Shown here in pieces: positions 14,101 through 28,700 of a stretch of DNA of 64,000 nt. Under the pieces are notes generated by a model. The model ran no database searches and had not been told where the DNA came from. It was given only the letters and a program-made list of their open reading frames with translations. A program made the position numbers and the translations under genes. Position 1 is the first letter of the stretch. Each line of letters begins with the position of its first letter. The stretch is from Phoronis australis (lineage: Eukaryota; Animalia; Phoronida): positions 187,147 through 251,146 of the forward strand of contig NMRA01000456.1 of NCBI GenBank assembly GCA_002633005.1, read 5' to 3'.

Positions 14101-17100
14101 CTTCATCTTGCAAAGTCTTATGTTTTCATGCATCATAATCAATGACTCTTGTCAACCATTCAGTTCTTGGTTTCCTATGCTACAGAACTCCCAGCATAAC
14201 TCACGCAAAAGAAATTTGGATACGTTTTACCACGCTGTGTACTGGGGACGGTCTCTGTGACAATTAATACTATGTGATATGCCCTTCGGAGTAAAACCAC
14301 AATCCGATGTGTTGTTTCTTTGCTCAGAAGGGTCAATATTAGGAATTTTTCGGAGTAAAACCGGCCTTAGGAGCAAAGGCTCTTGGGCAACTCAACCCCC
14401 CCCCCTCTATACACATCCATTCCTTTTTCACTGTCTATGTTTCCAGGTACTTGAATTTCAAAAAAACCATCGACAAAGATTTACACAGTACAGGAGAGAA
14501 AAGGTGAGTTATTTAAACTCAATCATTGGTTTTCGATCTGCGAGATTCTAGCTCCAAAACTTGTTCCACAATAGGTCTATGAGTTAATTTGACAGCTGTT
14601 TAACAAACTTGAAAGTCAATTTATCACGAACACTTTCGATAACATTCTCCTCAGGCAAGCAAGTTAACATTTGGATTTATTTACCGATTTATGGTTCAAA
14701 TTGGACTGGGAAGGCATAACAATGAACAAACTGACTGATGTTAACAGGGAACTGCTCATAAAGAGCACTTTGCAATGAGATGCTCACTAAATTGATATTC
14801 ATTTTAACTTATGTTATGGGGTGCAGTGTTTCATGTCCCAATTTCACATCCCTCCACTTTGACCACTAAGCCAATTTATATTAGCTGCAGCTGCAAATCT
14901 TATTTCATGTTCAAAATAGTTAGGTACTGGAGCTGCATATAAAGTATGGAAAAATTTCACCAATTAGGACACAGTGTGGCAATGAAATTTTATTTTCTTA
15001 TTTGTTCATAAATGATATGCAGAAAAAGTGATGCTTTGCCATGTCCAAGTTCTGTACCATAGCTACCGACTCACAGTATTGTGCCATATCCAAGTTGTGT
15101 ATCATAGCTATTAACATAGTACTTTGTAATTTGTGAGCATTCATAAGAATCTCAGAAGCTCTTGAAAAATGTAAAAAAAATGCAATTTTGGTAATTGTTT
15201 TGTCCGAGATTGGTATTACTTTGTCTATTTCATAACCCAATTAAATTTATTATTTTCCCTTTTTTCTTTTGCCTAATTCTCTACTTTCCACTAATTCTTG
15301 TTGTATCGGTTCAACATTGATATAACCACCGTGCCATGTTGGTGTGCACTTTCACATGGTGCTACAATATTGGCCATGCAGAAGTGAGTTCCAAATGTTA
15401 TTATTCAGCTCCATACGTCTTATTGACAGTTGGCAAAACAAGAGAATGCAATCACCAGGTCTCAGAAGTCTTCAGCACATAGTTTGGACCTAGAAAGGTA
15501 CAATGAGAATTGCTCATGATACAGTTATAGTATGACTAGTTATTTAAATATTTGTACCAATGGGATGTTTGAAAATTGTATACCATATTTGGATGTTTCC
15601 TTAGTTACAATATCATCACACGTAGACAAATGTATAGAACTATGCACATCGTTTCCATTGTGTAGAAAATGTTCAGTTTTAAAGCTGTAACATAATGAAC
15701 AAGTTTTGAAGGTGCAAACAGATGACGAGGTGTTTGTAGAACTTGACCGTAACATTGGTGAGGTGAGAAACTGATATGGCTACATTGGATTGTAACCAAG
15801 ATATGCAGGTTCACTATGTATTACTGCCAACAAGTTTCACACACCCGCCTAGATTTCCTATCAACTGAGGCCACTGATTTCTGCAATCAAAATTTCTGTA
15901 TACAGTTAATAATAACCTTAACAGTTCCAACGACTTATTTTCTTGTTAAAATGGAAATTCATTTGTTTTCTGAAATGACAGTTATGCCCTAAACAGACAG
16001 CAGTTATGTTTCCAAGTTGTTCTGCCAGTTGTCTACTTTTTGCAGAGAAGTTATACTTCTTAGAGAAGAAAACACCTATTTAAAGAAATTGTTGATGTCA
16101 GGAAAGTCGTCTTTTTCAAACAGGTACTATTACATCCCATTATATATACTGTTGACATTCAACCAAGTTACATTCTTTTTTAGGCTTGAAAAACAACAAA
16201 GTTAAAAGTCAATAATTGTTTCATTATATAATTGATATACAGGGTGTCCCAAATGTACTCGCACTTCTAATAAACATAAATGTGTTGTTTATTTGACTTA
16301 AGAATTGGTTCTTGAGAAACACAATTTTGTCTACAGTTTTGCAAAACATTGTCTCACAATTATAGAATTTTGAAATATTTATTTAGTATTACTTGTCTTC
16401 TTTAAAAAATAAAATTTTCCTTGTGTCCTAGACAGGTAATATTCTATCGTAAAGTCAGAGAGAGGTTCTTCTTAGTTTTCGTTTAAGGTCCATTTTTGTC
16501 TGCCACAAACTGAAAACTATAACAAAAAATGTTTTCATTTGCTACAGTTGGACGGCTTCAGGTTCTGACAGAAGTACACCAACTGGTCGATCCAATCAGT
16601 TGAGAGATCAAAATGGTAAGAAAAACATTTCTATATTACAATCCAAGAGAAAATGGACAGAATGAAATGGACGGAATGACCCATTATTTCAAATAGTGAT
16701 GGCTGCACACACACACACAGAATTTCACACTATGATGGTTGAGTGAAAGCAGAACTGACTCCCATAGTAGCCGTGTGTTATGACGGGTAATTTACAGTGG
16801 AAAAACTATTCCTAAATGTCGGATCTAATCAACGGTAGACGAACTTTGTTATTTCTTTAAAAGATTCACTGAAAGACAAAATCACACCACCGACACACAA
16901 CTTCTTGTGAGAGTTGCTCTTTCTCAGTTTCGCAAGTTCAATCGGAGTAATTAACTACAACATGTACTGCACACGCATCTTAGTTTTAAAAAACATGATT
17001 TTGGATCATAATTTACATTTAAAATGATGTGTTACTTATGCCAGTTACATTGTTCACGACTCCAGCACATGCACCGACCTAGGCCTAAATTTTGATGTCA

Positions 17101-20100
17101 TAAGCAGTTATAGAAATTGTCATTTGCAAAGATCTCCACATTTAACTTTTTTGGTGGTACACGATTTTTGCAAATTGGGTGCCAGTTTTGTTTGTAATTA
17201 TGATTTTGCGTCGATGGAGTTGCATGCAAGCATCAATCTTATCCTGGTGTTAAACAAAGTCTGATAAGAACATTGAAAAGGTCAACATGTTTGGTTACAT
17301 AATGGATCATTGTAGAGTTGAGTCATTATATGTCTATTGCTCCATCATTTTCAGAAGAAATTAAATTACTGGCGGAATAGCCGGTCATGATGCATTAACA
17401 GTATTTTACCTGTTTTCAATTGGCTTGTATTGTACATAGCAAGATAATGATGATGCTTATTCTGTTGTCATTTCCCTAGAGCAAAATTACCTTAGTTTGA
17501 AAGTCGGGAGAAACCGTGTTGTCTTTAGTTGAAAATTACCAGACATAGGATAAGTTATTGGAAAATTGCAGACCAATGCTAGTGAAGCTTGTATGGGCAT
17601 TTCAGTTTACCTCCTAACTATTCCAAAGGAAACTGTTGAGCATATAAATTGTTAGCTCTTAATTAGCAGTATATGTTTAGCAGTGAGTGTTTTCAGTTGT
17701 GTCACCTATTTTGTAGGTGCTGGGGTGTCCCTATCTCCACAAAACTCCCAGTACTCAAGCATGCAAGTCAAGTCACGACATGTTAGGCCAATGTAAGTGA
17801 ATATTCTATCTGAATTTACTACTATGTAACCATGACCGGGATAATTCTAGGACTGCGCCGCACGCTGATAGTGGATTAAAATTTTCATTCACCCACTCTG
17901 ACTGCTTATTAAACTCCAGCCAGTGGGCACATAAAATTGAGTCACAATCGTGGCTTATTTTGTTGTGAATAACACCGACTGCATCAGATTCTCACAAGGA
18001 TAATGCAGAGTAGACAATCAAAAGTTATGCCATCAACCAAAACAACAATGTTAGCGTCGGGATCAAGCATAATGTGCATGTAAATCCGGCCCAACAGTGG
18101 GTTCATTCGTTTGGTTTGCTCTGAAAATTACAGCAATTTTGACCAATCGCTAGTCACTACGTAATGGACTGCACGTAGCAGGCAAAAGCACACGTTGAAT
18201 CATAGAGTAAAAAAAGAATAGGAAATACCAAAATAATCGTCAAGTCCTCCAAATCTGCTTATGGATTTGAGACCTCTGGGTCAATTATAGTATAGCCACG
18301 TTTTTCTAAAATGATTCCTGCCAACTGCAGTATGGTTGCCAAGTTGGCAGCTCGGCAGTGTCAGTGTCAACTGTGTAAACTTGATTTATTTAAAAAAGAC
18401 TGACGCAGGTGGTGGACAGGTTAACTAAAAAGAAGGTGAGTACCGCGCCAGGATACTGGATGTCATGAAGCTAGATACGCGTGTCTAGGAGTAGCGTCAT
18501 GCATAAATATACCCCGGGGAGCTGGACACATAAAGAATTAAAGAATGAATACTTGCCATAATGGACTCGGGGTAATGATCTGAAAGTTAGGACATAAGCT
18601 ATAAACTGTTGTAATACTCACATTTTTTCAAAAAGAAAATACCTAGATGGCTTGAGACAGATTGATGCTATCAATGGAACTGCCCGTTATTGTACTTTAT
18701 GCTGTTCACGAGCATATTAAATTAAAGTTACATCTAGCGTAAACAAAGTCACCATTGCATGACATCCTCAACAACGAAGCTTCTTTTCAGTGGAATGCTG
18801 CTGCTCTCCATTACAAGTTTTGTGGTTTTCATGAAATTTTGTAACATGTTTTTTGTAAAAATCATAATTTGATTGTCTAGATGGCCTTGCTTTTAGTGGT
18901 TTAATCTTCCAGGGTTTACCAAGAACCACCTTGCTGCAATTTTGTTCATCATGTTTGTATTATGATTCTTAATAAATGTTTGTTTCTCTCTCTATAATAC
19001 ACAGCTATTTAAAGATGTATTTTCATGCTCCTAACTATGCTTAAGGTATAGCAGGAACTAAACAACAATGCTATTTGAACATTGTCTACCTTAAAGAAAG
19101 TGGAGTTGTATTCATTGACAACTTGTAAATGTGAAAAAAATCTTTGCACTAATGACATACCTTGGGGGCTCACATAGCACACATTATGTAGTGTTATTCC
19201 CCCAACACCACACCATGATACTTACTGGACACAATTCAGTGATTTGCGGTGGATCACATGATTTTCGACAAAAAACTCGTTCTTAAAAACATCCTACTTC
19301 ATATTCACATTGTCTCAATACGTTGTATTTGTAACTCATTTGACAAAGCAATCACAGAGATAAGGAGTTAACATACAAGTTCTTCTTTAAGCAATACCTC
19401 ATCCCAGTCTTATGTCCAGTTACGTCTCTCATCATATACATTCTTTCCTTCAGTGATCTGGTGAAACAGACGAGTTCACAAAAGACCCCTGAATCTGCAA
19501 CTATGAGGGTAAATTCAGTTTCATAGTATGTAATGTCAGAGCTATTAATTAATTAATCAATAAAACTTTTTTAAATCAGCCTCAAAGATGTTTGTCGTCA
19601 CAATTTCAGAATACCTAAATCATTTGTTTAGGGCCTTAGAAGAAAAGACAATGTATTGTGGCATGTAGTTATGGAGATTATGGACAAGAGACCATCAGTT
19701 CTATGACTTACAAATAAGAGAATGTTCAATATTAAAGATTAAAGCTTTATAAGTGAAATTTGTAGTAAACGATAATTTTAAAATGGTTAACTTATTTGTT
19801 GAGAAATTCGACTGTTCAACAAAAATACTTTTCTGACATGTTGTGCTTTAACTAAGTTTTACTGTAAGTGAAATTTTTAATAGAAAATCAGTAAAATTAA
19901 AAAGGTTTATATTCACTGTATTAGGAACCTCAGAATTTATTTACTGATTATAGGCAGATAAATTTTCTTTGTTGTATAAAGCTTTCAGTAGTGTACTGGT
20001 GTATATATGTCATTATCTATTGACAGACAGATTCTCCGTCAACGCAAGGCAGAATAACAGTAAGGACTCCACCCTCCGGAGGTAGAATGGGTGAGTGCAC

Positions 20101-22467
20101 GCGTACTTATAGGTGTACAATTTAGAGTTGGATCAGTTATAACAGGGAGCCAAGCAGGTGTAACAACGTACTCCCGAGGGCCTACAGTGATGAATACAGC
20201 ACAAGCTGATCAAAATACACTTTCATGATGCAATTTGAAATGTTTGCCTGCACAACATTGTCTCATCTTTTACCAACTCTCTCAGTGGACTAAAGTGGAC
20301 TTGACGTAATTCAAATTTAACTTTAAATTAATATTGATACCTCAAAAATTTGAAGTTACTTTTTGACAACACGAGTTATTCTGTGATGGTAAAGTATGTT
20401 GCATCAGAATTATAGCATTGCATCGTTACATTTCAACTGTCAAGAAAATGTGCACTTTCAGAGCCAGCAGCATCTTGGAAACATTTGGCAATAGGCTTAG
20501 CAGGATACACTTAATTTTACAGGTCACATACCAGGAACACCAGTGCCAGCTCCATATTACGGCAGGTAATGCTGTACATACACCGGCCCATGCACATACA
20601 CGGAATGCTTCATCTATATCCAGAATTAGCAAAACCTTAGAGCAAATTATTAAATTAGTACACGCCTGAAACTTATTTGTTGCAAAATAGCCTGTGTTGG
20701 TGTACATTCGTTGTAAAGCTAACTGTTAAAGGAAATGTGCTTAGTATAGTTACCTATACCTTCACGTGAAGCTTAATACTAGGTTAATGCAACTAGTATG
20801 TAGTTTTACCATATGTCACAAATCTCTGAGGACAGTCAGTGTTTTTAATATTATTGGTGACCAACTTTCTCTTCAGCTCACAACAGACGACCCTGCTTTT
20901 ACCCTACATAGTCTGATAGTTGACAACGTATTTAGTAGAACCGCTGCCTGGTACACGGACAAATTTTTGTTAAAAATTATTTCAAGCAGACCTATTCAAG
21001 GCCAGTGGTCTAATGTATTGTCAGTTTCTAAAAATATCAATACAGAAGCAGTTACAAACATTTCTTTATTCTTGTAAATCGTATACCCTAGAGCCTAACG
21101 ACTAATCCAGTGCTACAGTGAACCCCTGTTAACAAGAGCAGCTGTCATTGCAGTCACACCTTTCACTGTTGTTATGTCCCCTGGTTTGCGTATCTTGCAG
21201 ACTGGCGTGGTTTTTTAGCGGCTTGGCCTCCCATGCGAAATAATGTGGAATGAATCTATGAACTTGAATGATGCATGACCATTGATAAATCCACTTGACT
21301 GTGATGTTGAAACATTATTATTTTCAGCACTGGTACCACTCCTCACATTCCACTAGATGGCACTGTTAGTCCATCATATAGCTCTCCCATGGCACTAAGT
21401 CCAGCTTTGCGAAGGTTTGTAACTTGCAGTACAAGTCTTGCCTTTAGAGTGACACAAACACATTTAACACTGCTCTAAGTTTAAGATTTTAAAGGATTTT
21501 CTGAATGTTTTTATTAGATTTATGATTAAGCCTGCCAAACATGAAGTCATAGTATATCTAAGTATTTTCAGCAACACATCATCGTTAAGTCCCAGGGAAC
21601 CATCTACAACTTGAGAGTAACTAACTGCTGGTGATGTGCAGAATAGGAATATCTTTAATCACTTGTGCAATGTATGACAAGCTGGCCACTATTCCCAAAT
21701 AGGCCATTAGACAAAAGTGGAGATCCACCACACTGCATTGCAAATAGACCATTAAGAGGCCCAATGAATATAAGTGGCTGGATACAGTTTAACTTTGTCT
21801 TCTCTCTGACACTAATTGCCACGTTCTGTTTACATTGAATTTTGCCATTGGCATATTCTACTGACCAGTTTTATAATGATATTATATTTGTTTACTATTT
21901 ATTACACCAATCCCAATATTTGTCTCCTTTCAGTCACATATCTCAACACGCTTCTACATCTCAGTCATGTTCAAGCAGACCACAATCTAATTTGCAACAG
22001 CTGCGACAAATTCAGGTAGACATAACATAGATATGGGGGGTAAAGTGTAAATACAAATACAAATTTATTTGTGTGTATCAGTTCTCAGTTTCACTAGCTA
22101 ACTATACTTGGAATTACTTATTCATGAATTAACATTAAACTCTCCAATCACTCGATATTCAGATATTTAATGTTTAGTTGTCTGCAAGAATGCAAAGGCT
22201 TTGAAACCTGTGCTTTGAAGTAGTCTTCACACGACCCATTACTTTTTACGCACTTATTGTTTTATGTGTAAATTAGCTTGACACCGACAATGGAAGCTAT
22301 GCAATGGCACGCACAGCATATTTTGTTCAGTAGTTTTTCCATAACCCACGTGTCTATGTGTATTGTTGTTGCCCAGGTTTTGACTGGCACCACGTTTGTT
22401 TGTCGTCAGAGCATAATGGTGTCACTCACACGTATGTATGTATTTCCAGTTGCCTCGTACACAATGA
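11134..22467 (+). CDS. RNF212: RNF212/RNF212B (Zip3-family) meiotic crossover RING protein, ~313 aa, 14 coding exons
   Basis: Exons 11134-11242, 12090-12151, 13838-13912, 14447-14503, 15430-15497, 16046-16123, 16548-16615, 17717-17792, 19454-19508, 20027-20090, 20523-20565, 21328-21414, 21934-22015, 22450-22467, all GT-AG and phase-compatible. RING MADWVHCNTCFHQP..LTNCGHIFCANC..CRMC, coiled coil (VLEFQKNHRQR), conserved RITVRTPPSGGRMG, S/P-rich tail. The last exons are less certain. Confidence 0.88.
18430..18610 (+). mobile_element. Degenerate SINE body, possibly Nin/Deu-domain type
   Basis: TACCCCGGGGAGCTG...GGGGTAATGATCTGAAAG resembles invertebrate SINE cores; recognised by eye only. Confidence 0.3.
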
Positions 22468-22623
22468 TGATGAAGACCAGGACGTCGACCAACTGTTTGG
22501 ACGTTTCCTCAATTGTATACTATCGATAATGGTAAATTGATGCGAAGGTATACCACCTTCTTTAGCAGCTCCATTGTAATGCAACCCTTTAAAATGCCAT
22601 GAAATACTGCAATGTTGAATTTA

Positions 22624-22637
22624 AATAAAAGTTTAAT
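22624..22637. terminator. Adjacent polyadenylation signals: AATAAA (+, RNF212) and ATTAAA (-, TBC1D31)
   Basis: AATAAA at 22624-22629 and TTTAAT at 22632-22637, between the convergent stops at 22467 and 22744. Confidence 0.45.
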
Positions 22638-22743
22638 TTATATTTTTCAAACTTGAGGCATTCTACATTGTATATTATACAAAATTTAACACTTGACTGA
22701 GTAGGACTGCTCGACAATCAAAACCAGACTTTTTAAAAATAAA

Positions 22744-25700
22744 TTACGTTGGTGGTCTGTTATTCTTACTGCTTTCCGCCAACTTAAAACGCAGTCTTCT
22801 GATTTCACTCATCAGACTTTGTTCCTCTCTGTCCAAGCTTTCTCTTCCTCTGTCCAGTGACACTGAAATAATAAGTCATAAGGACATGGCATTATGATCC
22901 ACGTTTGCCAGTACTCAAGTACAAGTTAATGGAGTAGTGATATGATAACAGTCTTAAATGTATCAACTGACAGTTGCATACACCACTAGACTTGATCTTG
23001 GACAAACCAGTCAGATGTCATGTCTGTTGCATCAGATTGTGGCTGATCCTGGCAGGTACCTTAAACACTCAGTCTGTTCTAGTATGTCCATGCTCATGTG
23101 TTTTGAAGTCAAAATCCGTATGCCAATAATGTTCACTGACCTGTTGCTAGCTTTATTAGTCAGTGTTCAAGATTTTAAGGTGACACGACAGTAGCTCCAG
23201 AGAAAGCTCCACTAGGATTATTTTGCATATTCTTGTGAGCTACTGCTCGATCTTGTGCCACTTGCAAGATACTAGCCTTAATGCACCTACTCCTGGGGCC
23301 TGTCTCAATAAAACTATCAACTTTACCACCTTTTCTAGTTTACGTCAAAAATTATGATCAAGGTTTAAGCCCATTTCACTAAAAAGTCTAGTCTGATTTA
23401 CAACAAATTTACCATGACATTCATTCGTAAGATTCCCAAACTCATTAGATTTTTATCATTAGGGAAGTACACTAATTATCATGTATGTTGTCATGCCACT
23501 TGATATCCATGTTGGAAAATCTAAGGAATTTTCACTTTAATATATTTCCAAGTGAAACCACAATGACAATGCTGTCCCTCGACATTGCAATCACCCAGCC
23601 TGGACGTTATAAAATGTAAGCTGCTTCCCATGCCCATTTGATACAATGTCCGTGTGCTTTGAGGTGCCCACTATATAGTATAAAATAGGACTTCCCTCAC
23701 TGTAAGCAACAAAAAGTGATGGGTTTCCTGGCAAGTCTTCATCTCTTGAGGCCAGGTACTCCTCACTGAAAATCCATAGGCTCTCTAACAAGAGCAATGT
23801 AAAGTGTTAAAAAACTCCCACAACTGCACTGCAAACAGTATGTGTCTAAGGCTGTTCATTAATACCACCCAATATAATCAGACTGGTTCATACATTATGA
23901 ACAAGAAACTGAAAATTGACAGGTGTTGGTGCATTCCAACCACACACGTCTCTGTCATTGTCCATCAGATACAGACCAAATGGTGTTCTACATGCTGTGA
24001 TACTTACATTGAGTAGAAGAAGGGGCCGATGGTGAATCATTCAAGTAATTTGAATAGTTACTGGAATTTCGGTGCCTTTCATTGTTTATATCCAACTGGT
24101 CTGAAATGTTTCAAGCACAGATCATTAGGAATATGTGGCAACACAGCGCTGCTCACCATCACATTAAGTAAAAGATAGTTACTTCTAATCTTTGGTTGTA
24201 CCTTACATACCAAAAAAATAATAGACATTACAAGCCTGATTGACTATTTATTAAGAAATCTCTAAGACCGTTTACAATTTTCATAGCAAAAATACTTGAA
24301 AATAATCCCCTTCAACCACTTGTTTAAAAACTTCAGAACAGAACGAGCTAAGCATTTTACCTTTCCACCTTCGAATTTGATACTGCCCCCTTAGGATACT
24401 CTAAATAATGCTGTCTCTTAACATCAACTTTGACCAAACATTCAATGTAAAATTCAAGAGAATCTGCACAGTTTCCATACAATATGTCAAATGCGCTACG
24501 CCAACGTTTTTGTTAAAGCATTCAATGAGGCAACTGTCTTGCTAATTGGTGAGACTGTTTGTTACAAGTGTTACAGAATGCATGCCATGTTTCAGAACTT
24601 TCACATTCACATATTTCAGAACACATTTATTTTATTTTCTTGCACAAATTTTGTAGCAAGACACTGGTGAAGTAGAACGATAGTGGTAACACTGCACAGC
24701 AGCAAATGGATGTTAACTAGTAGAAAATAAACACATAAAAGTAATATTAACTGTATGAGGTACTCGGCCTTTCTTGAATGCTGTCGTTGACAGTCTGTGA
24801 TGAATTTCTTTCCTGATTTTCTGCTCTAAGCTGCTCTGACAATGTTCTTCTGACTTTTGAAGTCCTCAAGGAGCCCCGAGACATTTGTAACTGTTTCAAA
24901 AAGTTAAGATAAGTAGCACTAAGTATGGGTTACAAAGGGTAATATGGACCGCAAACTCTCTCTCTAAACGACCATACACCACAAAAATTTTTGGCATATT
25001 CAAAGAATCCTTACCACACACAAATAAGACAGTATTTATCCGGGCAATTTCGGCTGATATCATTTATCCAAAAGATTTTTGTACCATTTCATGTTCAACC
25101 ATATCTATGAATTTGTATGAATGTTCTGATATGATACGAGAGCAACATAGCACCCACCCTGTGTGTCACATGCAGCACAGATACAAGAGATGATTAATTT
25201 AAACATTTCCAAACAGATCAACGATCCATTCTTGTTTTATTTACATATATATATTCTACATTTCGAGAAACAATAGTATCCTTGAGAGGATCTGGATCGC
25301 CTTATTTAGTTTCAAGTTTATTTTCTACGTTATGTATCACTAAACAGAGCAATGCTAGTACACTTAAGTCAGACATGTTCTCAATAGAAACGCACCTGCC
25401 ACCTTTCTTCGTGATTTTTAAGAAGTTCACAGGAGAGGGAAGCAGACGACAAAGGACACAAAAACAATAAAAAGAACACTAGGGGGCGTAACATAGGTCA
25501 AATCCATCTGAAACAGGGCGAGTGGTGTTCTTTGTACTGTAACTTATTTGCCAAATTTCATGAACATCTGTCAGGTTCTTTGCTAGATAACAAGGCAGAT
25601 GAAAAGAAAAACAATGATGCCTCTTTCAATGCAATACAACATTGTAAATTGTGTGATAATTTAAGTAACCATGCACATGGTGTTGTGCTGAAAACGCAGA

Positions 25701-28700
25701 TAACTACCTTGGCATCTGTATTTTCAGTCAAGAGAGAATTGACTTCATCTTCTAAGCGCCGATTTTCATGTTCCAGCTCATTTAACTATAAGTTACATTA
25801 TAAAAGATCATTATCTCTGAAAGTATTTCTACCTTTTTGAGAAATTGTCTACAAGCTCTAAATACATTCATCTAATGTTTCTCCAAGCTCGTAAAAGCAA
25901 ATCTTTTAAAGTTAACTATTTTCTCATTGAGGATTGATTATATCTGCAAATCAACAATAGAAGTCAAATGGCCAGGTTAGGGGTAGTACAATTGAAAAAA
26001 TACAGTCAAAAGTTCAGTAAATAAATGTGTGCACTCATAAGCAAGAGTCACTATCAAGTCACTGTTCAATAGTTGGGACAAAGATAGAGAGGCGATTACA
26101 TTTCATCCAAATCCAGACAACAATGAACAGAAAACAGGACAAGGCCGCGTTTACAGACCAACAGAGAAAGTTTTTTAAGTTCACAACACATCTGCTAAAG
26201 ATATATTGTTCTTTTTGCAGTATTTTTATTAACTGAACTATTCAGGAAGAAATTTTGGTTCATGAAACACAAGCAAGGCTTCAAAATGAGAGTCATAGAC
26301 CAACTGGTCAAAGAAAATATCCAACCCAGTGGTTGGTGCTTGTTTACCTGGCTATCTCTGTCTTGTCTGTCCTCTTCACTCAGTTGGTGCAGACTGTCCA
26401 GGCGAGACTGGTGCTGTGCATCACTGTCAACCAGCTCAGCACGTGCCAAGATACCCTGAAGGCCCTGTTACACAACACAATGAAAACTCACTGATATCAC
26501 CATACCTTAAGGCATTTCTTTGATCATTTGGAAACCAAACTGTGTTCTGATGGAACATAACATATAACTGACAATGACCAATAATAATACGTATTTTGGT
26601 GATTTCTAGTATCGTGCTTGAAATCTCGATGCTTTCTTTGACCACCACTAGCCTTGCAAACCATATTTTAGACTATTACAGCCAGTTGCATGAGACTATA
26701 ACAAGTAATGTCAGTGTTAGCTGGAACTTACTGCATGTAATGCCATTTCTTTGGCCTGCTCCTGCTGTATGTGTAGTCGAGAGGCGTCTTCACTTAGCTC
26801 ACTCTGTTTACGTCTTGCCTCATAGTCTGCGCGGGTCTTAAACGTTGTCTCCTCACATCCTCTCTGTAATTCCTTAAAAGAGTAAAGAAACGGGTAGTTG
26901 ATCAAGCCTGTAGTACCTCGTACAAACACCATCTGTGCATAGTTAAGTTTGACATTACGGTCAATGAAATATCCACAAGACCTGAGAATGAGTGCAAGCA
27001 TACATACGAATGCTTAACAATTGAGACAAGACTCTGAACTGAATTGTGAAATTCAGATCTTTTCTGTTTTCGTTAAAACTAAAATATACCCATTGATAAC
27101 TTGATTACTAAAAGGAAAGTATCTGCTGATGGGGATATTATAATAATTAAATCGTAGTAAAGTTTAGTTTACTGATAAAGAAATGAATGATCACACTGGT
27201 ACGTTAATGTAATGTAACGCAGAATAGACATTGTGATCCACTGGGTGAAGTGAGCCTCATAAATTGCTATACCATGATTGCATTACAGTTCACATTGAAA
27301 TATTTAAGATTTCAAAAGTCTTGCACACAAGCGGTCAGCAACTAGGCCATATTACGCAGAGGAAACATTACCTGCCAACAGAGGGCAGGTATGATGGCAA
27401 CAAAACATGATAAGAAAGTGGTACCTGTTCCAACAGTTTCTTCTGTATCTGAAGCTCAACATTCCTTATGAATGCCTCTTCTATGGATGCCTGAGTTTCC
27501 AAGTCTCTTAGCCGTGCCTAACGGTCAATAAATGGAAAAGTATGACAGATATGAACTATATTCATATTTGGTCAATGCTTTGTATTGTCACACACCCAAT
27601 ACAAGTGATGCTACATGGCATAATTTTGCATCAGACGAAGCTCCAATTTTTTAAATAGAATATTTTCCTTGATGCTAGAGAGTACTGATCAAATAATCCC
27701 ACAAAACACCACGTCTGTGTTCCATTGACCCAAGAAACTTGTGAAAACGCAAGATCACACAAGACTTTGTGAAATTTCGCCACACATTACAAGCAAAGCA
27801 TGTAATCACTAGTTTTATTTGTGAAATTCTTGCGTCCATCCACACTAAAATATCAGGACAGCTACTCTCACCAAGAAAATGTTTTCATCACCACAATAAT
27901 TGTCAAATCTGTCTAATCAGCCCAATCTGAAGGACTCTGATGTTGACGTGATCTGGAATCGTATCAAAGGGTCCATGCTAGCTCCATTTTACCGCTTTCT
28001 TAACAATCTCCTCCGTGCCGACAGTTAATTTATATATGCCTCTCACCACTCACACATTTGCTCAGGCTCAACCAATGACAAAATCAGTCTGTCAGTGATA
28101 CCTGAGAACCACTCACCAACGGTACTGGCTGTGATGGGCAAATGATCACTTCACCATCCAAGAACTTTTAATGGGATAGAGTCATATTTTGCAGTAAAAC
28201 ATTCCTTGAACTAATAAAAACTAATAAGTAGACATAAAAATTAATAACTCTTTGAATTAAGAACATCCACAACTTTGTTGCTTTATGATATAAACACCGT
28301 TCTTAAATTAATTCAAACCTTTCTCTCGATCTCATCATCAAGTCGTGTAAGCTCAGCTTCTCTCAACCTTTGCTGGTGATGCATGAACCTTTTACGAGCT
28401 GCATTGAGAAGTTGCAGTTCTTTCATCTTTAGTTCACGAGTGAGAGCACCCAACCTGGAATGGAATGAACCACGCTTTTACAGGAGTCTTGCCAGACAAC
28501 ATTAGAAACCGTTATTAAAACCATGAGACCAAACATAGAGGAAAATTGACAATTTGACACTTGAAGCTAACCAGTACCTTTTTCTTTGCTCAGCTAGTTT
28601 ATCTTCTTCTTCTTGTATTATTCCACGTCTTTTCTTCTCAGCCTCCAACAACAACTCTTGTTGTCTGTACCAGTTCTCTTCTTCTGTTTGCCGCTGCTGT

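Noticed and set aside
23591-23797. Extra TBC1D31 exon
   Set aside because: An acceptor exists but no convincing in-phase donor, and the flanking exons already join in frame.
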